DNA of 64,000 nucleotides from Promethearchaeota archaeon. Lineage in GTDB: Archaea; Asgardarchaeota; Lokiarchaeia; Sigyniarchaeales; SOKP01. The translations under genes and the position numbers were made by a program. Shown piece after piece: positions 10,095 to 21,300 of this stretch; positions within the stretch are counted from its first letter, which is position 1; every line of letters starts with the position of its first letter. The stretch is taken from NCBI GenBank assembly GCA_016930515.1, contig JAFGGO010000061.1, positions 1 through 64,000 on the forward strand, read 5' to 3'. The notes below the pieces were generated by a model. It was not told the DNA's origin and searched no databases. It saw nothing but the letters and a program-made list of their open reading frames with translations.

Positions 10095-10860
10095 TTACTC
10101 GCCGTATTGTTCTTTTAATCTTAATAATCGAGGGTATCCCCCCACCACGCTCCCGAACGAGAGCGTCTTGCAATTGAGGTCGTTCTTGAGAACGCACTTG
10201 GCGATCCGTTCCCAGCTCGGGAGCTTCCTGCGCTTCGAGCCGTCCGGGGCGTTCCAGCGCGGGTCAGACTTATCGGGCGTGGCATCGGGCACGTCCTCCC
10301 TGCTCCACTTTTCTTCGACCTCCCACCACATCAAGAACTGTTCGATGCGTTCCTGATACACGTGTGCTTGGTATTTCGGAATCGTGTTCAGCAGGAAATT
10401 TGCGTACTCCTTCCAAGTGTATTGGTCGGGCTTTACGACCTTGCCGTTGCCAAGGATCTTGAGACCCCGATAGATGTTCCCAAAATTTGCGCCCGCAACG
10501 CGCTCGACGACCTTAAACCACGTGTCGGGCTCGATCTTCCGAAACAAGTCCAGGCCCTTGCGCTGGTCGTCGCCGTAGGGCTGGCAAATCCTCGCCTCGT
10601 GAATGGACCGTCCGGTTATGTAGATGAGGTCGTAAATCTTGTTGTACTTGAGGCCAAACTTGCCCACGGCCGTCCATATATCCTCGGTCTTCCAGTCGTA
10701 AATGGGATAGGCGTTGTACAGGTCTTTTCTCACCCGCGTGGTCCAGTTGTGCCCCTTGTAGGTGGACTCGTCGGTCTCTTTCTTAACCGCGAGGAACCGA
10801 TGCAACGACTCGTCCGAGCGAATGGCGATCAAGGCCGCCGTTTTTTCGCCCGAGAATTGG
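10095..10860 (-). pseudogene. ibrA: IbrA/YbdN-like PAPS-reductase/DUF3440 protein, N-terminal PP-loop half deleted
   Basis: AIRSDESLHR, YPIYDWKTEDIW, RICQPYGDDQRKGL, RVAGANFG, PSWERIAKCVLKND present; SGGKDS absent. Confidence 0.85.
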
Positions 10861-13284
10861 TACGAGACCTTCGTGGATGGTAGAATAGAAAGCAAGGTCG
10901 TACCACTTGATAACGAGCTGAGGCAGGTACAAGGGTGGGAAAGCGACCAGAAGGACGTGTTCTCGTTGCGATATTACACCGCCATCAGCCAGACGGTTGG
11001 ACGCCGTTACACGCTTTCGGTTCAGGATACCACGACCAACATCGTGCCGACCAAGCCATACAACCAGTACTTGCCGTGGCTCGGAGGTTTAAGAGAAGGA
11101 AAAATGACTAGACTCGAATATAGGATGCCATCTCCTCAAGAGATAATAGAGAACTATGGAGAAGAGTTTACAATTGAAAAATGTTATGAAATATTTTCAG
11201 ACATTATGCTTCCTTTTAATGAAGTTCCTTTCACAAGGAAAGTTATTCCATATATCGACCAATATTTAGACATTCTAAATGGCTTTTTTATTAGTCCAGA
11301 TTTTAATAATTTTATTTTAGGTCCAAGCCATAGCGAAATTAACAATCGAATTAGTGAATTATTTCTATCTAATGGCCTATTAGACGAAGATTCTCTTTTA
11401 AAGTTCCTTTGGATGGATTCTAATGGAGCATTCAGGAGGACTCAAATAATGGAAGGAGGAGGAGAGGAGATCTTTACCACTAAAGCCTGGTTAGAAAATA
11501 TTCGCCAAAAAATTATCGAATATCAAGGAACAGATAGATCTTTATTAAAAGCTCAGACTATAATCGAAGATAGGGCATCAAGACAAGATCACGCAGAGAG
11601 CTTAAATCTCTTAGAACGAGAAAAATTCACAGAAGAAGAAGCGAATTTAGGTGAAGCGATTCTTGAAGCCATTATGGAGGCATTCGGTCATTTTACAGTC
11701 CGTTTGACCTTCGGAAACATGCTTGATTACTACTATACTATCAATGGAATTGGAATTAAAGTAATGCAACGTCCTGCCCTCAATACTCGCGAATATGATA
11801 GGGGATCCCAAGCAGATGTTTTACCATCAATGTTAAATCATATAGGATTAATTCTTTCAACATCTAGATATGATAGTAATATTATTCGTATTAGAGACGA
11901 TCTAAAAGTGAATCATCTTTTTTCGTTCTTGTTTTTGGACAACAAAATAAATTTACCATTGATAGATTCAAGCGATATTTCAAAAGAAATATATCTAAAA
12001 ATTGGACCATTAATAGGAGTGCAATCTCAAAAATCATTAGTTAGATATATTCCTAAACGCTTATCACAAGATTTTGCCAAGAATTTTGTATATAATTTTT
12101 ACAAATTTAGTGAAAATGTTTATTCTATTGATGATAATTTCATAGAAAAAAGTTACATACAATCTCAAGATAATTTATACGATTTCTTAAAAGCTGAATT
12201 CCATAAAAAGATAATTTTGGGAAATTACTTGGGAGATATGAGGCTCGATAGAGATTTACTTGACAAGATATTAAGTAACGTGAGGATTAAATTATATAAT
12301 ACCAAATACCACACTTCATTTAAGAGTATAAGTAGGATAATCGAAGCTTCTCTATATTACGATAAAAATATTCCCTTAAATGTTCGTGCAAATACGATAG
12401 ATCTTGAAATTGACCAGGTTATCGATCCCAAGACTAATAGACCTTTCAAGTTAACTATTCAAAAGGAAGAATTACTCCAAGTCGATTTTAAATTATGGGG
12501 TAGAGGCGATATACTTAGTTCCATTAGTAAGGAGACCACCAAATCAGCATTAACGAGTACTGTTTCCAATTTAATGGATCATTTAAAAGAATTAATTATG
12601 GATGAAACCGTAGGAAATAAGAAAGTAAGAATATTCCCTCTCGTAAGGATTGTATCTGGAGGAAAAGATTATGGATATCAATATTTAGTACCCGATAGAA
12701 AAGCAGATGGAAGCATAAAGGCAAAGGCTTTAAAATATTTAACCTATTTACCAAAATCCAAACCTTATTTTGATATTGATTTGTCCAATCCTGGATCAAA
12801 ACAATTCAAGCAAAGTCTTTACCAATTAGAACACATTATATTTTCTTTACTTCCTGACATGCAAGGAGATTTAGCATTTATTGTAAAAGAACAAGATGCA
12901 ACTTATAATGATGGAAAAATGTTATTTGGTTTCAATCGAGAAGGATATTTTGATAAAGACGAGTTATTTTCTGATGGATCAGGAGGAAACGATCTCAGGA
13001 GCGCAAATAATTATATTAATTATCCCATGATAATTCAGACTGCTTTGTATAAATTCAAACAAGCAGATTGGGATAAATTCATTGGTACTAATTTTCCACT
13101 TCGAGGTGATGCAATAGGTAGTTTCTTTACAGATTATATGATATACTTGAAAACCAGTCAAGACGAAAGAGCAATTTATTTAAGAGAATCTATTTTGACT
13201 CCGTATTTGTATAGTCTCCCGAGTAATTTAAATAAGCAAAGATTTATCACGGAAGATGATTTTCCTTTTTATATTTTAACTTAA
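10860..13284 (+). CDS. C-terminal part of a large unknown protein (5'-truncated, or alternative start at ATG 11104)
   Basis: About 800 open codons; called start lies antisense inside ibrA; GC-rich to about 11095 then AT-rich. Confidence 0.6.
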
Positions 13285-14366
13285 TATCCGATCCAAGCAC
13301 ACATTCCCTTTTTTTTAAATTCTTCTTCTTTTTTTTTAATGGCGTTAAATCCAATCGAATAGTACAGGACGCCATCGCTAATTTCTACGATTTCAAGCGA
13401 ATCCATCGAAAGGAGAAAATCGGGAAACTCGCTCAATCTTATATTTTCCATGTATATCTCTTCGAGGTGAGTCAGTTCAGAGATAAATTCGGGCAATTCC
13501 CATCCAAATCGCTCTAATTCGTGATAATGATCTTGGGGATCGAATCCGTAGCCTTCTGGAAAGTAGGATAACTGTAATTTGACCACGTGCTTGTCTCTTA
13601 CCGCGTACGCGTTGTTAGCGCCGTTAATGGGGCGGTTATAGGCTCTAAACGGGTTTTGTCTCGCCTCTTCTCCGAGCTCCTCGATATTTATCGCTTGGAT
13701 GTTGGCGAGGGAAGTTAAAGGTCGTTCGGCCGATAGAAAGAGTTTGACTTTCTTTTTTGCACTTTCCAGAGATATGCCTTTTGCTTCGGCGTATTTAGGC
13801 GCGATGGTATCGTTCAAGTAATCCTGGAGCCTTCTCATAGTATCAGCATCCTCTGGCGACAGCAGAACGGACAGTAATTCGTCTTGCGATAAGTAATTAA
13901 CATATTGCTCTTCGATGAGAAAATCCACGACGGGCTGATATCCGCCGTCGATTCGTTTCGCAATTTCCTCCTTGAAGACTTTTCTGGCCAGGGGATCGCC
14001 TGCCTCGGTAAGCTCCTTGAGAAGTGGGAACGCAAGATTATTTCGTAGCAAGCGAGTATCGTAATCGTGCTCGGTCCAGGCTTGTAGGTTGCTGCAATGA
14101 CCCCAGAACTCGATTTCTGCTGGAATGACGCCCTGCTTCCTTTCTTCGGAAACGAATTCTAACGAATCGTCGAGTCGCTCTGAAGCTTGATCTATCGATT
14201 CCATCTCCTCGAATTCCTGGTCGTCGTCAGCACGAGCGCTCAATAAGAGAAAAGCGCATGTTCGAAAATACTTTCCCGATATGTATATCCTTGTTTCGCC
14301 AGATTCTAACTTTAACGATAAAAATTTGCTGACGACGAATTCGGTGGGAACGCTCATCAAGATCAT
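13281..14366 (-). CDS. Lokiarchaeal expanded-family protein (EFWGHCSNLQAW domain) with short C-terminal LRR
   Basis: EFWGHCSNLQAW.EHDYDTRLL..NLAFPLLK.L..AGD..A..VFKEEIAKR; LPEFISELTHLEEI, FPDFLLSMDSLE. Confidence 0.8.
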   Translation of the reverse strand: MILMSVPTEFVVSKFLSLKLESGETRIYISGKYFRTCAFLLLSARADDDQEFEEMESIDQASERLDDSLEFVSEERKQGVIPAEIEFWGHCSNLQAWTEHDYDTRLLRNNLAFPLLKELTEAGDPLARKVFKEEIAKRIDGGYQPVVDFLIEEQYVNYLSQDELLSVLLSPEDADTMRRLQDYLNDTIAPKYAEAKGISLESAKKKVKLFLSAERPLTSLANIQAINIEELGEEARQNPFRAYNRPINGANNAYAVRDKHVVKLQLSYFPEGYGFDPQDHYHELERFGWELPEFISELTHLEEIYMENIRLSEFPDFLLSMDSLEIVEISDGVLYYSIGFNAIKKKEEEFKKKGMCAWIGY

Positions 14367-14650
14367 AGAAGATTAGCTTTCTTTTAAATCTTGAGGGTAA
14401 GGTGGTTTCAATGTGGCCTTGATACACAATTTTCTATCAGGTTTACCCTTCAAAATAGAAATACTGCTCGTTACACCTGTTTAATCGGCGTTAAGTCACA
14501 AATTAAGGAAAACGCTTTTAAGCAAACTCATTATATGAATGGGACACCTGTTAAAAACGATTTGATAGAATATAAGAATGAAAGGTTTGAATTCCCTTTT
14601 GCTTTTACATTTATTTACTCGTTCTTCTGGTCGTTCCGAGCGAAATGGTG

Positions 14651-15127
14651 CTATAGATATCCATTATCAAGTCTTGGACTCTTGATAGGTTTCAATACGA
14701 CGCACACCCTTTCAACGCTCCTCACGTCGCTTCGGCCTCGGAATACTTCGAGTAATGCGTCAAGCTCCGTGATTTCGGGCACTTTTACCTTGATAAGGAC
14801 GCCGCATTGCCCGGCGAGAAAGTAGACTTCTTCGCATTGAGGTAGGACTTGTGCTTCACGGAGCAAGTCTTTTATTTGCGTTTCCTCGGAAGGCATGATG
14901 GTTATGAAAGCCATGATGCCCGAATCCTCTTCTCGGCAGACTTTTATCGTGAAACGCTCGATAACTTGGTCTTCTTGGAGTTTTACCACCCGTTTCCGGA
15001 CCGTGCTCTCGCTCAGCCCTATCTCGTCAGCGATCTCGCGATACGGGCGACGCGAGTCTTCGATGAGCATTTCTAATATTCGCTTGTCTTTCTCGTCCAG
15101 ATTTTTCACTGATTGCACCTTCAACAT
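14651..15127 (-). CDS. Lrp/AsnC transcriptional regulator
   Basis: LDEKDKRILEML.EDSRRPYREIA..IGLSESTVRKRV HTH. Confidence 0.92.
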   Translation of the reverse strand: MLKVQSVKNLDEKDKRILEMLIEDSRRPYREIADEIGLSESTVRKRVVKLQEDQVIERFTIKVCREEDSGIMAFITIMPSEETQIKDLLREAQVLPQCEEVYFLAGQCGVLIKVKVPEITELDALLEVFRGRSDVRSVERVCVVLKPIKSPRLDNGYL

Positions 15128-15213
15128 TATTTTTTTTGGTTGGTTTTTTTGGAAAACGGTTCTATTTGAATAATATATATAAAAAAATTACTATTTAAAG
15201 ATTTTGGTCGATT

Positions 15214-16182
15214 TTAGTAGTATTTCTTGGCGTAATCGGGATATTTGTTAAGGAGCGGGGCAAAAAGTCTTTCGTATTCGACTGCCATGCAATGGATGCC
15301 GCTTGCCTTCGAGTTTTTCTTGATCTCTTCTATGAAAGGTACGAAGAATTCCACATTTACCTTGTCGAGAGCGGCATACTTAGCCTTCTTATCCCCCTTG
15401 TTTTCCTTCTCTGCAGTCTTCAGCGCCTTGAGCAGGTCTTTTGGAACACTTACTCCAGGGATATATTGATCAAAGTACCACGCAATTCCGTAGCTTTTCA
15501 TGGGGAAAACACCCAAAAGAATTGGTACATTAAAACGCGCCAGTTCGTTGATGAATTCTTTCGCAACCTCCACATCGAAAGCCGTTTGTGTCTGTATGAA
15601 ATCTATACCTTGTTCGACTTTTCTTCCTACTTTAAGAATTTCTGGTTCCATGTACTCTCCAACGGCGTTTGGATTTGCCACGCATCCATAGTTCATTTCC
15701 ACTTTTCCCCCCGAGATTTGGTTACCCTCATAATCAGTGCCCTTATCAATGATCTTGCTTAAGAGCTCGCAGAATTGCGTGCTGTCGATGTCGTAGACGG
15801 GTCTTGCTTTTTTGTTATCACCAAGTGCTGTATGATCTCCCGTAAGCACGAGAATGTTCTTGAGTCCCATATAAGCGCCCGCAATCACGTCTCCGAATAG
15901 AGCAACGCGGTTTCGGTCCCTAACAGCTACCTGCCATACGGCCTCTATCCCGGCGTCTCGTTGTACCACGTGACTTGGTACCAACGACGACATGTAAGCG
16001 TCCCCTTGAGGACCATCAGTAACATTGGCCGCAATGATCCTTTCAGTTTTTTTCATTTCTTTTGCAGAGTGAACGATCTCGCTCATGTCCATGATCTTCT
16101 TTGGTTCCAATTCTCCCGTGAAGACGAAATGACCGTCTGCGATTGCTTTACATAGTTTACTATACGCTGGTCTCTTGGCCAT
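15214..16182 (-). CDS. metF: Methylenetetrahydrofolate reductase catalytic subunit
   Basis: ANVTD, RDRNRVAL, NILVLTGDH, FIQTQ, GIHCM; start moved to ATG 16182 (MAKRP) behind GGAGG. Confidence 0.9.
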   Translation of the reverse strand: MAKRPAYSKLCKAIADGHFVFTGELEPKKIMDMSEIVHSAKEMKKTERIIAANVTDGPQGDAYMSSLVPSHVVQRDAGIEAVWQVAVRDRNRVALFGDVIAGAYMGLKNILVLTGDHTALGDNKKARPVYDIDSTQFCELLSKIIDKGTDYEGNQISGGKVEMNYGCVANPNAVGEYMEPEILKVGRKVEQGIDFIQTQTAFDVEVAKEFINELARFNVPILLGVFPMKSYGIAWYFDQYIPGVSVPKDLLKALKTAEKENKGDKKAKYAALDKVNVEFFVPFIEEIKKNSKASGIHCMAVEYERLFAPLLNKYPDYAKKYY

Positions 16183-16183
16183 T

Positions 16184-16879
16184 CTATTTCGCCTCCTCCT
16201 TTGTCTCCTCTTCGTTAGTGTATTCCTTGAAAATTTTAATGTAACCCGGACTGGTCGACGTGCGGTAATCACGTGCGGGACGATATACATTGAATAAGTC
16301 AAGCCTTCCGACCGCTTTTAATCGCTTGTAGATTTCGATCCAAGCACAGGGAATTGTATATCCTCCCACTTCACATTTACCATCAACGGTTCCACCACAA
16401 GGACCGTTCATTAAATGCTTGGCGCAACTCGCCCGTGGACATATTCCCCCCGTTTCTCCAATTATGCAATCACCACATTCTTCGCAATATTCGATAAAGT
16501 TATTCTCACCGTTATTTTGAACCCCACCAAACATGCTGTTTTGAGCGGGAAAGGTAAGAATTTCGCTTGCAACCTTGTTCATCATGACAACGCCAAGACC
16601 GCACGCAAGCGACACGATCGCCTCATATTCTCCGATGAAAGGTCTGATAGTCGTGGCCGCAATCCTGTCGTCGCATTGACGCAACACTGTCGTTGCTTTC
16701 CATATCAGCTTTTTTCCTTCCGTTTTAGCCTTCAATTCAAGGAGTTGTCCCAAAACTTTAGCTTCGTTTATAGAACGAGGAGGTTGACAACACCCGTCGC
16801 ACCCCGCAATTAAAATCTTGGAATATTGCTTTATCATGTCGTAAATTTCGTTTATATCTTTTTGTTGTGTAATTATCAT
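16184..16879 (-). CDS. metV: MTHFR Fe-S/Zn subunit MetV
   Basis: MIITQQK, GCDGC, RQCD, LACGLGV, CEECGDC..GETGGICP...CAKHLMNGPCGG. Confidence 0.9.
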   Translation of the reverse strand: MIITQQKDINEIYDMIKQYSKILIAGCDGCCQPPRSINEAKVLGQLLELKAKTEGKKLIWKATTVLRQCDDRIAATTIRPFIGEYEAIVSLACGLGVVMMNKVASEILTFPAQNSMFGGVQNNGENNFIEYCEECGDCIIGETGGICPRASCAKHLMNGPCGGTVDGKCEVGGYTIPCAWIEIYKRLKAVGRLDLFNVYRPARDYRTSTSPGYIKIFKEYTNEEETKEEAK

Positions 16880-16962
16880 TTCATATTTTACTCCATATCT
16901 TTTGTTCTTTTTTTCTTTATTAATAGTATTTTTTATTATCGCAAAAAATTCAATTATTTAGG

Positions 16963-17847
16963 TCATATTTTCAATTTTTCCATTAGCTTGGTTGGATTGA
17001 CGCTTCTTTGGGTCAACGAAAGCTTGTTAACATCCACTCCAAGCGCAATTGCCATAATTTCGGGCAGATAAAGGATTGGGATGTCAAGCTCCCTACCTGT
17101 TTTTCTCGAAATTACCTTTTCTTTTCTATCGTACTGGGTAGTACAAGCAGGACACACGGCAACCACGGCATCAATTTCTTTCTCAAGGCTTTTCAAGTCT
17201 AATAGTTTTTCTTCTACGAGTTTGGTCCCTATCTCGTCTTGCAATCTGGCACAATAGCCGCAACATTCCAATTTCGTTGCGAAATCTACCGGACTCGCTC
17301 CTAACACCTTTAAAATTTTGTCGATGTTCTCGGGTCGTTCAGGATGGTCAAATTTCATTATTTTAGACGGTCTGATTAGATGGCACCCGTAATGCGAAGC
17401 AATATTCAAACCTTCGAGAGATTTTACAACTTTCCTCTTTATAAATTCGAGCATTCCTTCTTGGCTGAATAATTCTACGAAATGAAAGACTTTAGAGGTG
17501 CCCTTGTATTCGAATCCTATCTGTTTCAAGACAGAATTAACCCTGTCAAAAGCCTCCTTATCTTCTTCAAGAAGGACATGAACCGTCTTGAGCGTCTCGT
17601 AGCATCCTGAGCAAATTGTCATGATATCAAGTCCCATTTTTTCAGCTATGGCTAAATTTCTAGCCCCCAAGGAAAGCCAAGTGTCAATATTCAAAGATTG
17701 CGTGGCCACGGGATCTGGACAGCACCCCGCACCCTCCATTTCCTTGTATTTAATTCCCAAGACTTCCGAAAGTTCGCGGAAAGCCTTTTCAAAGTGTGGT
17801 AATTTCAAGGGAATGGTACATCCTAAAAATAACGCGTATTCCATCAT
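16963..17847 (-). CDS. hdrB: Heterodisulfide reductase subunit B
   Basis: FLGCTIP, GCCPDP, HYGCHL.RP, ECCG, VCPAC..QYD. Confidence 0.92.
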   Translation of the reverse strand: MMEYALFLGCTIPLKLPHFEKAFRELSEVLGIKYKEMEGAGCCPDPVATQSLNIDTWLSLGARNLAIAEKMGLDIMTICSGCYETLKTVHVLLEEDKEAFDRVNSVLKQIGFEYKGTSKVFHFVELFSQEGMLEFIKRKVVKSLEGLNIASHYGCHLIRPSKIMKFDHPERPENIDKILKVLGASPVDFATKLECCGYCARLQDEIGTKLVEEKLLDLKSLEKEIDAVVAVCPACTTQYDRKEKVISRKTGRELDIPILYLPEIMAIALGVDVNKLSLTQRSVNPTKLMEKLKI

Positions 17848-18389
17848 TTATTTACCTCCTTTTTCTTTTCTATTAGTTCGCTTAAGCCTGTCTTGTTGAT
17901 GATAAATTGGATCTCATCAAGGTTTGGGCCCATTAATTGAGGGAGACCCATTTTTGTCCTCCTCTTATCGATCGTGTTTTTCATATTTCCCGTGTAAGGA
18001 ACGACAAAGCCATTGTTATAGATCGTATTGATGGTGCTAGAATATTCTTTTGGCACGCTCCCTTCTTTTACGGCCAAGTTTCTGAGTAAAGCCAAGATAA
18101 AAGAGTAGTCCACATTTTTAGGACACCGTTCAGTACACCTATGGCATAAGGAACACGTCCATATGGCTTGACTGGATAACACTTCTTTTCTCAAGCCTAA
18201 TAAACACGACGCAACAACTCGATGAGGCTGCATGTCTACATACTCGGTAACAGTACAGCCAGAACTACAAACGCCACATTGTATGCATTTTAGAAGAGAC
18301 TTGGCGCCAACTTGTTCGCTAATTTCGTAACGAAAATTTAAATCCAGATCGCTCGAGTTTTTTGAAATCTTTTCTGTCATTTTAGGCAA
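17844..18389 (-). CDS. hdrC: Heterodisulfide reductase subunit C
   Basis: CIQCGVCSSGC and WTCSLCHRCTERCP. Confidence 0.92.
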   Translation of the reverse strand: MPKMTEKISKNSSDLDLNFRYEISEQVGAKSLLKCIQCGVCSSGCTVTEYVDMQPHRVVASCLLGLRKEVLSSQAIWTCSLCHRCTERCPKNVDYSFILALLRNLAVKEGSVPKEYSSTINTIYNNGFVVPYTGNMKNTIDKRRTKMGLPQLMGPNLDEIQFIINKTGLSELIEKKKEVNK

Positions 18390-21300
18390 CCTCCTTTACT
18401 TCGCTTTTTTCAATTTTATCACCCTTCGAGTCGAGCGGCCCTAATTCTTTTATTCGTTCGACGAAGGTGGTAACCACTTGTGAGAACCGTTTACCCTCGC
18501 TGGCCGAAACCCATTCAAGTTGAAACCTGTCCGGATTAATTCCTACCGATCCCAAGATGTCCTTAATCTCGTTGTATCGTTGGAGCATGTCGTAATTACC
18601 TTCTAAATAGTGGCAATCGCCAATATGACATCCACCAACTAATACTCCGTCAGCACCTTCGAGAAAGGCCCGTAAAATGAAGCTTTTTGGTATCCTGCCC
18701 GTACACATAACTCGAATTGGTCGAATATTCGTTGGATATTGGAACCTACTCACGCCACACGTGTCGGCTCCAGCATAACTGCACCAATTACACAAGAAGG
18801 CAACGATGCGCGGTCGTTCGTCCACATAAGTACCCTTGATGGCTTCAGTAATCATTGGGTAAATCTGATCGTCCGCAAAATGGCTCATGGTAATCGCTCC
18901 TGCTGGACAAGCAGCAGCACAATCGCCACATCCCTTGCATAGCAAGGGATTAGATTGTGATACTAATATCTCGTTTTCGAAATTCACGCCAATAGCACCA
19001 AAATTACACACGCGTTCGCACTCTTGACAAGCAATGCATAAGGCTGGATTTACGACCGAGACAAGCGGTTCGTTTTCCACTTCCCCTGATATAAGCGGAA
19101 TAAGAGCGTGGGCTGCAGCTCCTCTTCCTTGTGATATGGAGTCTGCAATACCCTTTGGACCGTGACAAGTTCCTGCCAGGTATATCCCGTCGGTTGCGAA
19201 ATCAACTGGTCTTAGCTTGACATGGGCTTCTAAGAAGAACCCATTTTGATCCCGAGCGCATTTTATCATTTCTCCTAATTTTTTTGTATCGTAAGATATT
19301 AAAGGGGTCGACAAGACAACCTTATCAGCATCGATTGTCAAATCTACTTGCGTTAAGATATCCGAAACTTTCACCTTCAGCTTACCGTTTTTTTGTTCAA
19401 TGAGGGGATATTCGGTGAATCGAATGTAATTGACATTTTCTCTTGCTTTCCAATAATATGGTTCCTCGTCAGTCCCTACCCTAATATCTCTATAAAGAAC
19501 ATATATATTGGATTTGGGATAGTTCTCCTTCACATAAAGCGCGTGTCGTATCGACTCGGAGCAACAGATAAGAGAACAATAAGTGAAACCATTTCCCCCT
19601 TCGGGTTGTCTCGATCCAACACAATGAATGAAAACAAGTGTTTCACCGTCTGTTAATTCTTGATTCCTGAGTTTTTCTGATAACTCTAGCTGCGTCATCA
19701 CATTTTCATTCTTACCATAATCGTACCAACCTTCAGGCTTATACTCGTAAGCACCAGTTGTTACTAAGATAGTCCCAACATTGAGTAAATTTATCTTCCC
19801 ACTGGCTTGATTTTTCACCTTTACTTTGAAATCTCCTATGGAACCCTTCACATCAATCACTTCCGAGTCAAGGAGCGTTGTAATGTTTTTTTGTGCCTCG
19901 AACTCAGCAAGTTTTTCCTCTAAGAATGCTTTCGAATCAATTCTATCGAAATTAATCTTGTAAATATAGTTTAATTGTCCTCCTAACTTGTCTGTTTTTT
20001 CAACTAAAGTGACCTTAAATCCCTTGTTAGCAATCTCCATTGCCGCGCTCATACCTGAAATACCACCACCTATTACTAAAGCCTCAGGAATAACTTGTCC
20101 TTTAATTTTAAATTCAGGTTTTTGAGCGGCAACGCGAGCGACGCCCATTCGAATTAGGTCTTTTGCTTTATCGGTTGCTCGAGCGTTATCGTTCATATGT
20201 ACCCAAGAGTCTAATTCTCTTATGCTTACGAAGTTAAAAAGATATTCGTTTAATCCCGCTTCTCTTATAGTCTTCTGAAATAGCGGTTCGTGCGTTCGAG
20301 GCGTGCAAGCAGCCACTACTACCCTATTTAAGTTTAATTCCTTGATCTTTTCTTTTATGATGTCTTGAGTGAGTTGAGAACAGCTATACTTGTTTTCCAT
20401 CGAATATACAACATTTGGTAAAGTTTTTGCGTATTCTACCAATTCGGGCACATCCATATAACCTGCGATGTTTATACCGCAGCGGCAAACAAACACACCA
20501 ATGCGAGGTTCATCCCCAGGATTAACAGGAACAAGAGGAGGTAATATGACTTTCGTTTCTTCCTTGCTTAATGGCACGGCGTATGTTGCGGCTAATGCCG
20601 CAGCGCCACCTGCTTTTGCCACCGAATTTGCAATATCGTCTGGTGATTGACAAGATCCCGTAACGAGAATACCATCTCGCGTTGATTGCAAGTCTTCCGT
20701 AGAATTATTAGTCTTATAAAATCCAAGCTCGTTCCGTTCGATTCCTAATATAGAAGCCAAATGGCCTGCATCAAGCCTTGGAATCACGGCGTTGGCCAAT
20801 ACAACGAGATCGAATTCGCTTATCTCAACATCGCCAGTATCTAGGTTTGCGTGCTTCACATAAAGATTATGATTTTCGGGATTTTCCCTCACATCTCCTG
20901 GAATACCCCTATAATAGATTAAACCATATTCATTTTTTGCTCTTTCAATGAATTCTTCTTGATTTTTACCTATTGTACGTATATCGTTAAAGAAGATAGT
21001 CACCTGGGTTCCTGGAGCGTGCTCTCTCGTAATAACCCCTTCCTTTGTTTGATACATGCAGCAAAATTTCGAGCAATAGGCACAGAGATCTTCGTTTCTT
21101 GATCCAACACAACTTACAAAAGCTATATCATGTGCATGTTTCCTGTCCGAAGGTCGAAGTAATTCTCCTTCAGTTGGTCCAGAAGCGCTTAACAATCGTT
21201 CGTATTGCATTGCGGTAATCACATTTGGATATTCACCATAGTGATATCTATCAAGGACGGAAGGATCGAGTTGATCAAAGCCCGTTGCCACGATTATGGA

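Larger units (their letters stand above)
1877..13284. mobile_element. Decayed, rearranged integrative-element hotspot (boundaries approximate)
   Basis: GC-rich ibrAB, duplicated gene ends, repeated head-to-head truncation junctions; no integrase seen. Confidence 0.55.

Noticed and set aside
10762-10895. Called starts of the 840-aa ORF and of ibrA
   Set aside because: Each lies in the antisense of the other fragment
14391-14825. 144-aa plus-strand ORF
   Set aside because: No motif; overlaps the Lrp gene antisense and an intergenic hairpin
16183-16302. 40-aa N-terminal extension of MetF
   Set aside because: Overlaps metV; ATG 16182 has a strong GGAGG SD
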